A stretch of 60,581 nt of DNA from an uncultured Peptococcaceae bacterium. Its GTDB lineage: Bacteria; Bacillota; Peptococcia; Peptococcales; Peptococcaceae. How positions within the stretch are numbered: position 1 is the first letter of the stretch; every line of letters starts with the position of its first letter. Where the stretch lies: the NCBI GenBank assembly GCA_938044045.1, contig CALIQN010000110.1:1-60581 (forward strand). The letters run 5' to 3'. The position numbers were made by a program, and so were the translations under genes. Below, piece by piece: positions 39,091 through 47,651 of this stretch. The notes below the pieces were generated by a model. That model had not been told where the DNA came from. It did no database searches and saw only the letters and a list, made by a program, of their open reading frames with translations.

Positions 39091-39727
39091 TTACCTATTG
39101 TAGGTCGTTAAAATCAAAGTGTTGTCTACATACTCTCCTAAAAATATTTCACTGTATTTATTGATTCCTTGATGGTTTAATTCTTTAAGAAGCCATTTTT
39201 CGTCTTTACCAATTACTTTTAGGATATCATTTTGTACCTGACCATCTGTAATAATTGGAAATTTTGGGTTTTCTTCACCAGCTTGTATTATGATTAGCTG
39301 GCCATTTTGTTCGACGACTGCTCTTTTGACCGTCTTTGATGAATAAATACCATTTGTACGAAGTTTAAAGGCGACATCATGGGCTGATAGTCCAACTTTC
39401 TTACAATTATCAATATCAATTTTTCCGTTATCGATAATGATCATAGCCTTGCCATCTATCAGTTGTTTAGCTTTTATATTATGTTTCTTTATCCACTTTA
39501 GGCTTAGAACAAGTGTACACCAAATACATAGAATGGCAATAAAATCGGGTATTTGAATAGTCTCATTATAAATAACACCACCGATAATTCCACCAAGCAC
39601 ATAATTTACTATTTGGTCGCTAGCTGATGAGGGAGCTAGATTTCCTTTACCAGATAAATTTATGGTTGTAACTATTGCAAAAAAAACCAATTAGTAGTTT
39701 GATTGTTACTAATAGAAATGGATGCAT
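39091..39727 (-). pseudogene. DUF421 (YetF-like) membrane protein gene with a frameshift in an 8-nt homopolymer
   Basis: ATG 39727 (MHPFLLVTIKLLIGFF) goes out of frame at the run 39679..39686 (A8 on the + strand). A run of 7 would give one continuous ORF. The C-terminus LIDGKAMIIIDNGKI...VVEQNGQLIII is DUF421-like. Confidence 0.55.
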
Positions 39728-39763
39728 TATTTTTCACCTTTTTTCTAAGTATTGTGTGTCATA

Positions 39764-40336
39764 TCATGGTATGACACATCTACCTTTTGATTGACAATAG
39801 TGTTGATAATTCTCTTCTCTTAGAGGATTCCAATAGACAAAGACATATTTGGAAACGCCAAAGATGGTGTGATGGGGTTTTTGTTGCAGTTTTAGGTTTT
39901 TCATAAAGAAAGCAAACAGCCCTTCATACTTTCCAGGCTCATAGAAACGAGGGAGATGGGCAGGCATACTGAAGTAGATGGTTTTGTCATTAAAGCAAAA
40001 TTTCATATCTGCGATTGCCCCACGTTTGATGTCTACAGCTTGAATGTAGTAGAGATTATCCAAGATATTGGTATAGACCAAGTTATCATTTAAGTAATAG
40101 TTAATGATCTTGTCCTCTGTGACTTCTATTTTTTGCTTATGGATGGATAAAAAGATGACAAGGATAAAAGAGACGGCAATCATTAATCTGATGAGATAAA
40201 TGGAGTTTTCTTGGTGATTGGGATCAAAAAGATGATAGTAGACGATACTGCTCAATAGATAGACAAAGAAGGCGATCGCTAGGACTAGCCAAGCATTTAG
40301 CCTTGTGCCGTAGAAGGTAAAAGTTTGAGGTTTCAA
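39764..40336 (-). CDS. 2-TM membrane-anchored protein, function unknown
   Basis: 190 aa. TTG start with a weak RBS. Confidence 0.55.
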   Translation of the reverse strand: MKPQTFTFYGTRLNAWLVLAIAFFVYLLSSIVYYHLFDPNHQENSIYLIRLMIAVSFILVIFLSIHKQKIEVTEDKIINYYLNDNLVYTNILDNLYYIQAVDIKRGAIADMKFCFNDKTIYFSMPAHLPRFYEPGKYEGLFAFFMKNLKLQQKPHHTIFGVSKYVFVYWNPLREENYQHYCQSKGRCVIP

Positions 40337-40386
40337 GAGAGCGTTATCCTTTCGTAGGGTATTTTGCTGATACTTAAAGGTTAGAT

Positions 40387-40956
40387 TTATTTTTCGTTTT
40401 CAAGCATCTTGGCGATTTTTTCAAAGGTATTACTATTTCTTATGGTAATTTGCTTATAAAAATCTTGCTTTACTAATTTTTTATGGTAGGTCGTTTTGAG
40501 GTAGTCTGCCTCATCATATTTGCCCCAAAATATGGCGTGCTTTCCGACATGGACGATTTCATTGTGAAAGGTCGCTTTAGCGATAAAGTCAAGAATACTG
40601 GCTTTATCCAAGTGAGGCGAAAAAAATAAAACATCCTTTCTTGCTAGCGCTTGCCCCCACCAATCAGGCAAGGTAGCACTTTCTTTTAAGTAAGCCTCTT
40701 TAGTGATTAAAGCAAAAGGGATAGGAAAGTCGTAGTTGGTGTCTAACAAATGACCTATCTTGGCAAGACAAGTTTCATTATTTTGGTCACTGCTGAAAAA
40801 CAAATTGCCACTATTAATATAAGATGAAACCTTTTCAAAGCCTGCCTCTAATAACAGTGCTTTGAACTCGCTCATCGCTACCTTATGCTTGCCACCGACA
40901 TTGATGCCACGCAATAAAAGGACATATCTCAATGCCTTCTCCTCCATAAATTTCAA
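40387..40956 (-). CDS. DUF1697 family protein
   Basis: LLLRGINVGGKHKVAMSEFKALLLEAGFEKVSSYINSGNLFF is the DUF1697 N-terminal signature. Confidence 0.8.
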   Translation of the reverse strand: MKFMEEKALRYVLLLRGINVGGKHKVAMSEFKALLLEAGFEKVSSYINSGNLFFSSDQNNETCLAKIGHLLDTNYDFPIPFALITKEAYLKESATLPDWWGQALARKDVLFFSPHLDKASILDFIAKATFHNEIVHVGKHAIFWGKYDEADYLKTTYHKKLVKQDFYKQITIRNSNTFEKIAKMLENEK

Positions 40957-41107
40957 TTGATGGTAAAATCATTGATAAAATTATAATATTTACAAGCAGT
41001 TTTTTCTAGGGCAGAATTTTTTACTTGTTTTGCCAAAAGTTCTGTAGTAAAAATGATAGTAGGATAAAGTTTATCGTATCTTTATTTTATCCAAAATGAG
41101 GGTGTGT

Positions 41108-41210
41108 TTGACGTGATGGGGGCGATAGTGCTATACTGTCCTTAGACAAATGATGGATAGGATTTTAATATAGAAAAAAGCGACCAGGTGGAGCTGGTCG
41201 CTTTTTTATT
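41108..41210 (+). ncRNA. candidate small transcript (promoter to terminator, about 65 nt)
   Basis: TTGACG (41108..41113), 18-nt spacer, TGcTATACT (-10 at 41132..41137). Terminator AGCGACCAG / CTGGTCGCT followed by T6 (41179..41208). Confidence 0.3.
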
Positions 41211-41559
41211 TAGGCTAGTTGTCGTCTTTGGGACTGTCTAGCCATTTGATGGTGTAATAACAAATTGCGCCACCTATGACAATCCCAATGATGGACAGAA
41301 TGTATTTAAACATAGTATCAATTCCCTACCGTCGTAGGAATAGTTGACGATAAAAACACTGTAGCATATTACTGCTAAGATGGTGGCTTTTATTTTAAGC
41401 CTAGATAGAGGAAAATGTTGGGCAGAAAATTCTGCTGGGGTCTTATTTGGTGAGGAAGTGGTGGAAAAAGACTTATCCTAGGCACCCAGGGGCGTGTTTG
41501 TTTTGTCTTTTGGCTCGGATTTTGCTATGATTAAAAAAATCACTAAAGGAGACACTAAC

Positions 41560-42618
41560 ATGGCACTGACCTATACCGTAGAACAGGTGGCAGACTTGCC
41601 CCAAGCAATTGACCTCGATAGCCTAGTCGCTTTTTTGAAAGATAGCCAAAGTTATGAATGGGCGATGTTTGCCTCTAAGACAGAAGACCCACAAGACACA
41701 CTAAAAGAGGCTTTACTAGAGACTAATTCCAAGCAGTGGTTGACACGTCCCTTATCAATTTTAGGGATAGACTTTACCCTCGCCTATCTGGATGACACTG
41801 TGGACAGCAGTCGTCCGATGATGACCAACTACCACAAAAATAGAATGCAGCTTTACCAAAAAGGGGAGGCACAAGTCTTTTACCTCAATGGATTGCCATT
41901 TTGGACACTGGGCGAGGCAAATCCTTTGGCGCTACTTCAGTTTGCACAAGATGAGGCGGGCAACGTTTTTTGTGTCAATGGAAAGCGACCTTTTCTTTTT
42001 GCCTCTGCGGAAGATTGGCAAAAGGCGACTGTCGAGACCTTTTTTACCCTTTGCTTGGACTATATCTTTTTTACGGATAGCTTGCGTCTACCGTCCTATA
42101 GCGCTTTCCTCGCCCTAGAGGCCTTGAGAGGACTGGCGATGGTGAGTTTAAATAAGCGCTACCGCTACCAAGTGGGGAGGCATGATGAACTAAGGGACAA
42201 TCTACACTACCTTGCCCAACTTTTAACCGGTCAAAAGCAAGCAAGGGGGATTTTGGATACGGTGGTGCTTATCACGGAAGATGGGGAGGATTTTCTCTTT
42301 TGGGAAGAGAGTTTTCAACAATTTGAGACCAAGGAAAGACGCCTCATGCACATCACAAGTGAAAGAGACCTTGCGGTGGCTTTAAGTCGTGATATGGAGA
42401 TTATTGTGCTACCACAAGCCCATTTGGAGACCTTTTTCTATATGCTACCAAGTTGGCGCAACAAAAAAATAGCCTATCTTTTAGATGAGGTGAGCCTAGG
42501 CAAAGAGGGTGCAGAAACGTTGTGGCAACGTCTGGAACATCGCATTGAAAAAGAGAGAAGTCTTGTTCTCTACCCTGAACAAGTGGACAAAGACCTTAGC
42601 CTTGCTTTTGAAGGCTGA
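41560..42618 (+). CDS. 352-aa cytoplasmic protein, function unknown
   Basis: Start at ATG 41560 after AAAGGAG. It has its own terminator. I recognise no motif with confidence. Confidence 0.7.
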   Translation: MALTYTVEQVADLPQAIDLDSLVAFLKDSQSYEWAMFASKTEDPQDTLKEALLETNSKQWLTRPLSILGIDFTLAYLDDTVDSSRPMMTNYHKNRMQLYQKGEAQVFYLNGLPFWTLGEANPLALLQFAQDEAGNVFCVNGKRPFLFASAEDWQKATVETFFTLCLDYIFFTDSLRLPSYSAFLALEALRGLAMVSLNKRYRYQVGRHDELRDNLHYLAQLLTGQKQARGILDTVVLITEDGEDFLFWEESFQQFETKERRLMHITSERDLAVALSRDMEIIVLPQAHLETFFYMLPSWRNKKIAYLLDEVSLGKEGAETLWQRLEHRIEKERSLVLYPEQVDKDLSLAFEG

Positions 42619-42625
42619 CGATAAA

Positions 42626-42663
42626 GGAGCTAACGCAGGTATCTTGGTGCGTTAGCTTTTTTG
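42626..42663 (+). terminator. intrinsic terminator
   Basis: AGCTAACGCA / TGCGTTAGCT stem followed by T6. Confidence 0.85.
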
Positions 42664-42702
42664 CTAGTGCTAGTCTAAAAAATAAAAAAAATTAAAAAAA
42701 GT

Positions 42703-42728
42703 GTGACTTTTTGTGCCACAAATTCGTC
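42703..42728 (+). promoter_or_regulatory. candidate ECF-type promoter
   Basis: GTGAC, 17-nt spacer, CGTC. Lies about 80 nt upstream of ATG 42807. Confidence 0.4.
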
Positions 42729-42806
42729 TTAGTAGGTGAAGGATAATTCAGTAAAGCTAAAAACCAACCTATCAATAGAAATGTTAAGATGAAAGGATGA
42801 ATTTTT

Positions 42807-43577
42807 ATGATGAAAAAAAGAATGGTCGCTATGATTTTAAGTGTTTCCATAACAGGCAGTTTTTTAGTGAGTGAAAGAGGGGAAGCCAATTCTAATTTAC
42901 CTGAAGTTAAAGACTTGAATTATACCATGATAGAATACAATCAAAGCGTGTTGACCCCTATGGAGCTCATGCGCCAAATCTTTCAGCCAAAGAGGAGTCA
43001 CGATATTGCTTCAGGTGCTTGGGCAACGAATGAAGGTAGCACTCTACCAAAGGATAACCCAGAGGCAATGCAGGCATTTAACAATGCGATGAGGGATTTT
43101 CTAGGCGGTCATTATGAAGTTATGGCGATCCTTGGATCACAAGTGGTGGCAGGCACAAATTATGCCTATCTCTGTAAGGGAAAAGCAGTCATCCCTAAAG
43201 CAAAATCAGCATATGTTATTGTATATGTCTATGAAAATCTTGAAGGTAAAGCAACTGTGACGGGGATAAAAGACTTACTTCAAGCTGCTCAAGAAGGGAT
43301 GACAGGTGGTTGGCAGTATCATCAAGGTAAGCCAGCTTTAAAGGATAATCCTAAGTTGAGCGCCGATTTTAAAAAGGCGATGGCTGACTTTGAGGGCACT
43401 TACTATAGTCCCATGGCCTATCTTGGCAGCCAAGTGACCACTGGCACAAATTATGCACTATTTTGCAGTGCCAGGGAAACAACTTTAGGCGCCAAGAGAA
43501 AGTTTTCAATCGTTACAATCAATAGTGACCTTAATGGCAAGGCAACACTTGTTGATATTGCTGATGTGTCTATCTAG
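42807..43577 (+). CDS. secreted protein with two stefin/cystatin-like repeats
   Basis: Signal peptide. Repeat 1 has SGAW then SQVVAGTNY. Repeat 2 has GGW then SQVTTGTNY. Repeat period is about 97 aa. Confidence 0.75.
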   Translation: MMKKRMVAMILSVSITGSFLVSERGEANSNLPEVKDLNYTMIEYNQSVLTPMELMRQIFQPKRSHDIASGAWATNEGSTLPKDNPEAMQAFNNAMRDFLGGHYEVMAILGSQVVAGTNYAYLCKGKAVIPKAKSAYVIVYVYENLEGKATVTGIKDLLQAAQEGMTGGWQYHQGKPALKDNPKLSADFKKAMADFEGTYYSPMAYLGSQVTTGTNYALFCSARETTLGAKRKFSIVTINSDLNGKATLVDIADVSI

Positions 43578-43608
43578 TTGAAGGCATAAGTGAGAGAAAG
43601 AGGATAGT

Positions 43609-44160
43609 ATGCAAGATGAGACAATTATCAGTCTCTACTTTAAAAGAGCAGAGGAAGCAATCACTGCCACAAAGGATAAATATGGTCGGCTGTTGGTTTC
43701 TATTGCCTATGGGATACTAAAAAATACAGCAGATGCCGAAGAATGTGAAAATGATACCTATCTAAAAACATGGGCAAGTATTCCGCCGAAAAAACCAGCA
43801 TTTTTAAGGGCATTTTTAGCTAAAATCACAAGAAATCTAGCCTTGGATGCTTATGAGGCAAAGCAGGCACAAAAACGTGGTGGTGGCGAAATACCAGCTG
43901 TTTTAGAGGAATTGGCTGAAATACTTCCAGATAAGGCGACTTTTTCAGAAACTTCAGATTTAGCAGAGGGGTTAAATGCATTTTTAGCAGACCTAAAGCC
44001 TGAGGCAAGTTATCTCTTTATGAGACGCTACTGGTTTGGCGACTCTCTACAGGAGCTTGCAGAGCGTTCTGGTTATGGCCTTAGTAAGATAAAAATGAGC
44101 CTTTCACGTTCAAAAAAACAGCTAGGGGAAAAGCTAGAAAAGGAGGGCTACCTTAGATGA
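43609..44160 (+). CDS. ECF-type RNA polymerase sigma-70 factor
   Basis: 183 aa. Region 2 (DAEECENDTYLKTW) and region 4 (LQELAERSGYGLSKIKMSLSRSKKQL). Confidence 0.88.
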   Translation: MQDETIISLYFKRAEEAITATKDKYGRLLVSIAYGILKNTADAEECENDTYLKTWASIPPKKPAFLRAFLAKITRNLALDAYEAKQAQKRGGGEIPAVLEELAEILPDKATFSETSDLAEGLNAFLADLKPEASYLFMRRYWFGDSLQELAERSGYGLSKIKMSLSRSKKQLGEKLEKEGYLR

Positions 44161-44789
44161 AAACACAAGAAGTCAAAAAACTGTTGTATGCGATGAGCGA
44201 GATTGATGATGCTTATATTGAAGCAGCCTTAAGCTTTACACCTAGGGTGAAAAAGCCTAGCACTAAGCTGACTTTTCCAGCGATGAAGCGAGTGGTCTTA
44301 GCGATGGCAGCTTTTCTAGTGATGGGTGTCAGTCTGTATTATCTTTCAGATTTTACCGAGGATGCACCTCCTATGATTGGGGAGGTTACACCTTATCAAG
44401 AAGTTGGCTCACTTCAAGTAGCCTCTTCTCTGGCAGGCTTTGAAATGATAGTGCCAAAAAACCAAGCATCTGAGTATGAGGTAGCTTATCTTGTCTATCA
44501 TGGCGATGGTATAGCAATGATTGAGGTAAATTATAAGGCAGAAAATGGGACTGATAGAGGATATTATGTCCGAAAGGCTAAGGGTAATGAAGACATCAGT
44601 GGAGATTACAATACTTATGCTAGCACAGATATTGAAAAGCGAGATGGTCGAGTGATTACCCTAAAAGGCAATGATGGCAAGTGGTCTTTGGCAACATGGT
44701 CAGCCAATGGTTATTCCTATGCAATCGGCTTACAAAATCAGTCAATGGATAAGGAGACAATCCTAGCCCTCACCAAGGAAATCAGCTAG
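44157..44789 (+). CDS. single-pass anti-sigma-like protein with a DUF4367-like ectodomain
   Basis: 4-nt overlap with the sigma gene. TM at about residues 45-65. C-terminus WSANGYSYAIGLQNQSMDKETILALTKEI. Confidence 0.65.
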   Translation: MKTQEVKKLLYAMSEIDDAYIEAALSFTPRVKKPSTKLTFPAMKRVVLAMAAFLVMGVSLYYLSDFTEDAPPMIGEVTPYQEVGSLQVASSLAGFEMIVPKNQASEYEVAYLVYHGDGIAMIEVNYKAENGTDRGYYVRKAKGNEDISGDYNTYASTDIEKRDGRVITLKGNDGKWSLATWSANGYSYAIGLQNQSMDKETILALTKEIS

Positions 44790-44843
44790 AAAAAGTGTGT
44801 TAAAAAAGACTAGCAAAGAAAAATTTTAGCATGGAGGAAAGAG

Positions 44844-45323
44844 ATGAAGCCAGTTGTTGTATTTTACTCTTATTCAGGGCTAACAAGGCGTTTAGCCAAG
44901 GATATTGCCTTGATTGTTGGTGGAGAGTTAAGGGAGCTAAAACCGGAAAAACCTTATTCTTTTTCTTACAATACTGCTGTTAAAGAGGCGAGAGCAGAGA
45001 TAGAAAAAGGCTATTGTCCGCCCCTGTTGCAGGGTGCAGAAAGCCTTGGAGAAACACAAGTGATTTTTATAGGCTCACCAAATTGGCTAAAGACTTTTGC
45101 CCCACCCATTCGTACCTTTTTGCACCAGGTGGATTTAAGGGGTAAGACCATCATTCCCTTTTGCACCCATGGTGGTGGGGGCTTTGGGAAAATGATGGAG
45201 GAGTATAGGGCAAGCTGTCCAGCGAGTACGGTGCAAGAGGGGATTGCCTTAAAATCAGATTATGATTTTGAGAATTTGGAAAGATGGTTAAGTGCGCTGA
45301 CTGTTTTAGACAAAGCCCTTTAA
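44844..45323 (+). CDS. flavodoxin-like protein
   Basis: 159 aa. VVFYSYSGLTRRLAKDIA FMN-loop-type N-terminus and CTHGGGGFG. Confidence 0.75.
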   Translation: MKPVVVFYSYSGLTRRLAKDIALIVGGELRELKPEKPYSFSYNTAVKEARAEIEKGYCPPLLQGAESLGETQVIFIGSPNWLKTFAPPIRTFLHQVDLRGKTIIPFCTHGGGGFGKMMEEYRASCPASTVQEGIALKSDYDFENLERWLSALTVLDKAL

Positions 45324-45334
45324 AGCAAGGTATA

Positions 45335-45373
45335 CAAAAAAAGCCATTCCAAGATTGAAATGGCTTTTTTTTG
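45335..45373. terminator. bidirectional intrinsic terminator
   Basis: AAGCCATT / AATGGCTT stem flanked by A7 and T8. Confidence 0.8.
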
Positions 45374-45386
45374 TATAAACGCTGCT

Positions 45387-45485
45387 TTAATCTCGGCGTA
45401 GCTCAAGGACAAGACGGACTAAACTAACCAAGACAGTAAGGCTTGAGATGATTAGTGTGCACTTTAAAAGTTGTTCTGTTTCCAT
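45387..45485 (-). CDS. 32-aa hydrophobic peptide (METEQLLKCTLIISSLTVLVSLVRLVLELRRD)
   Basis: AGGGGGA RBS 7 nt upstream, a consensus promoter upstream and a terminator 14 nt downstream. Below the ORF-track length cutoff. Confidence 0.55.
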   Translation of the reverse strand: METEQLLKCTLIISSLTVLVSLVRLVLELRRD

Positions 45486-45528
45486 GTTTTATCCCCCTGG
45501 TTGATATTCGTTTGATTTAGCTTAGTGT

Positions 45529-45557
45529 ATTATAAGCTATCTTACGAAGATTTTCAA
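45529..45557 (-). promoter_or_regulatory. consensus sigma-A promoter for the 32-aa ORF
   Basis: On the minus strand: TTGAAA (45557..45552), 17-nt spacer, TATAAT (45534..45529). Confidence 0.65.
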
Positions 45558-45596
45558 ATCATGGTAATAGAAAGAAGTATTAAGCAGATTAAATGC

Positions 45597-45638
45597 ATAA
45601 AAAAACTCAAGATGAGGAAAAACTATCTCATCTTGAGG
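45597..45638 (-). terminator. intrinsic terminator of the glutathione peroxidase gene
   Basis: CTCAAGATGAG / CTCATCTTGAG 11-bp stem with T8 on the minus strand. Confidence 0.85.
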
Positions 45639-45648
45639 TGGGGATAAC

Positions 45649-46182
45649 TTATAAAAGTGCTTCGATTTCTTGAGCAAGTTCTTCTGGGGTGACCGTTGGA
45701 GAAAAACGTTCTACAAGGTTACCTTCTTTATCAATTAAAAACTTTGTAAAGTTCCACTTGATCGCATCGCCTTCACGGGTTTGCTTGAGTTCTTCAAGGA
45801 GCTTTTTAAAGTCTTCTGTACCAGCATTTTCTTTATCTTCTGGTTTTGCTTCACGAAGGGCTTTAAATAGTGGAATAGCATCTTCACCATTGACATCTAC
45901 TTTTGCAAAGGTTGTAAAAGTGGTGTTGTAATTGGTTTGGCAGAAGGTTTGGATTTCTTCATTGGTGCCAGGTGCTTGTTCCAAGAATTGGTTAGATGGG
46001 AAGTCTAAAATCACTAAGCCCTTATCTTTGTAAGTTTGATTTAATTTTTCTAAACCTTTATATTGTGGAGTTAAGCCACAAGCAGTAGCGGTATTAACGA
46101 TTAAGACTACCTTACCTTTGTAGGTTTCTAAGCTGACTTCCTTGCCATCTGCTGTTTGGACATTAAATTTATAAATATTCAT
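45649..46182 (-). CDS. glutathione peroxidase family protein (Cys type)
   Basis: VNTATACGLTPQY and FPSNQF motifs. Start at ATG 46182 after GAGGAG. Confidence 0.92.
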   Translation of the reverse strand: MNIYKFNVQTADGKEVSLETYKGKVVLIVNTATACGLTPQYKGLEKLNQTYKDKGLVILDFPSNQFLEQAPGTNEEIQTFCQTNYNTTFTTFAKVDVNGEDAIPLFKALREAKPEDKENAGTEDFKKLLEELKQTREGDAIKWNFTKFLIDKEGNLVERFSPTVTPEELAQEIEALL

Positions 46183-46255
46183 TTTATTTCTCCTCTCGAT
46201 AGACATGACGATTATTATTGTTTGTCATAGAGAAGTATACCCTAATCTACCTTTA

Positions 46256-46912
46256 TTAATCAGATTTAGGTTTTTTTGCAACTAATTTATAAATTGGGAG
46301 GCCTTCACGCACAAAACGGCGCTCATATTCTGTGGCAATGTTATCTTCTGGCAAGTAGGCATAGAGGTCACGTATCTCTTCTATAATCTGCCAATTGGCT
46401 GCCTTTAGCTCTTCAAGGGAAAAATCAAAAAGGGGCAGACCATCGGTTTTAAAGACGAGTTCGCCATCCTCTTTTAACAGCTGTTGGTAGACTTCAAGGA
46501 AGTGGTGATGGGTAAGACGCCTTTTGGCATGTCTCTTCTTTGGCCAAGGATCAGAAAAATTGAGATAAATCTTAGCAATACTGGCTTCACCAAAAATATC
46601 CACCAAGGTCTTGGCATCAGCTAGAAGAAATCTCACATTGTCACTAATCCCTTCGCCTTTGGTGTGCTTTTTGACCGCATCGACCAAAATTTCTGGTACA
46701 ATATCAATACCAAAGTGGTTAAACTCTGGATGAAATCGCCCATGAAGAGTAATAAAGCGTCCTCTACCACTGCCGATTTCTAGGATTAGGGGAAGGTCTT
46801 TTTGAACAAATACCTCTTGCCATGGACTAGCAAGTAGGGTGTCTTGGGTAAGGATATAGGGGCTTTCGGCGATACGTTCGGGCGTATCTTTGCGGCGTCG
46901 AACTCTAGCCAT
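46256..46912 (-). CDS. trmB: tRNA (guanine46-N7)-methyltransferase
   Basis: LEIGSGRGRF SAM motif and NFSDPWPKKRHAKRRL. Confidence 0.94.
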   Translation of the reverse strand: MARVRRRKDTPERIAESPYILTQDTLLASPWQEVFVQKDLPLILEIGSGRGRFITLHGRFHPEFNHFGIDIVPEILVDAVKKHTKGEGISDNVRFLLADAKTLVDIFGEASIAKIYLNFSDPWPKKRHAKRRLTHHHFLEVYQQLLKEDGELVFKTDGLPLFDFSLEELKAANWQIIEEIRDLYAYLPEDNIATEYERRFVREGLPIYKLVAKKPKSD

Positions 46913-47016
46913 ATAAAAATCAGTCCTTTTCTCTTTTCATTTTTATAAAATTTCGTTACAATAATAGAAAAACATCTTCCCCATGATAGCATAAAAGGGG
47001 AGAAAGTGGGAATGCT

Positions 47017-47238
47017 ATGAAAGGTCATCTTGAATTATTTGAAAATAGATTAAAACAAGTTGCCAAAGGTTTAAAGGGCAGTGAGGCTATGAATAGCGAG
47101 GCGCTTTTTTTGGCCTTTGCTGATGCCCTAGGGGAGAGTATCCCCTACTATGATGTCCATAGTGGTGTGACATTAGCAGATTATTATAATGCTCAATTTG
47201 TGCAATTTGTCAAAGCTAAGCTAAAAGAGGCAAATTAG
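47017..47238 (+). CDS. 73-aa protein, function unknown
   Basis: ORF only, with a weak RBS. Confidence 0.45.
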   Translation: MKGHLELFENRLKQVAKGLKGSEAMNSEALFLAFADALGESIPYYDVHSGVTLADYYNAQFVQFVKAKLKEAN

Positions 47239-47289
47239 TGCAAATTTAGGGTATATGATAATGGAATAAGACAAAGGGGGACATGAAGG

Positions 47290-47601
47290 ATGAATTTTTT
47301 AACAGTCGATACTTTTCACCAAGAAATAGCTAAAGGTGGGATCAAACTGGTAACCTTTGTGAATCCAGGTTGCCAAGTGTGTGCCATAGTGTATCCTAAT
47401 GTAGAAGAAGCTGTAGCGCAACATCCAGATAAGCTCCAACTTTATCGTGTGGATGCCAAGGCAGATAAGCCTCTTATGGAGGAATTTTCTTTAAATGGGG
47501 TGCCACAGGTACTCTTCTTTAAGGAAGGTCGTTATATTGGCAAGATGGCAGGTCCTCAAGATGTCGAAGATTACTTAAAAAAGATTGAAGAAATTATCTA
47601 A
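47290..47601 (+). CDS. thioredoxin-fold protein with a CQVC active site
   Basis: 103 aa. NPGCQVC and GVPQVLFF (cis-Pro region). Confidence 0.8.
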   Translation: MNFLTVDTFHQEIAKGGIKLVTFVNPGCQVCAIVYPNVEEAVAQHPDKLQLYRVDAKADKPLMEEFSLNGVPQVLFFKEGRYIGKMAGPQDVEDYLKKIEEII

Positions 47602-47604
47602 ATG

Positions 47605-47635
47605 GGCGGTGTGGCAAACACACCGTTTATTTTTG
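47605..47635 (+). terminator. intrinsic terminator
   Basis: CGGTGTG / CACACCG stem followed by a T-rich tail. Confidence 0.7.
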
Positions 47636-47651
47636 CCTAGGGAGTGAAGAG

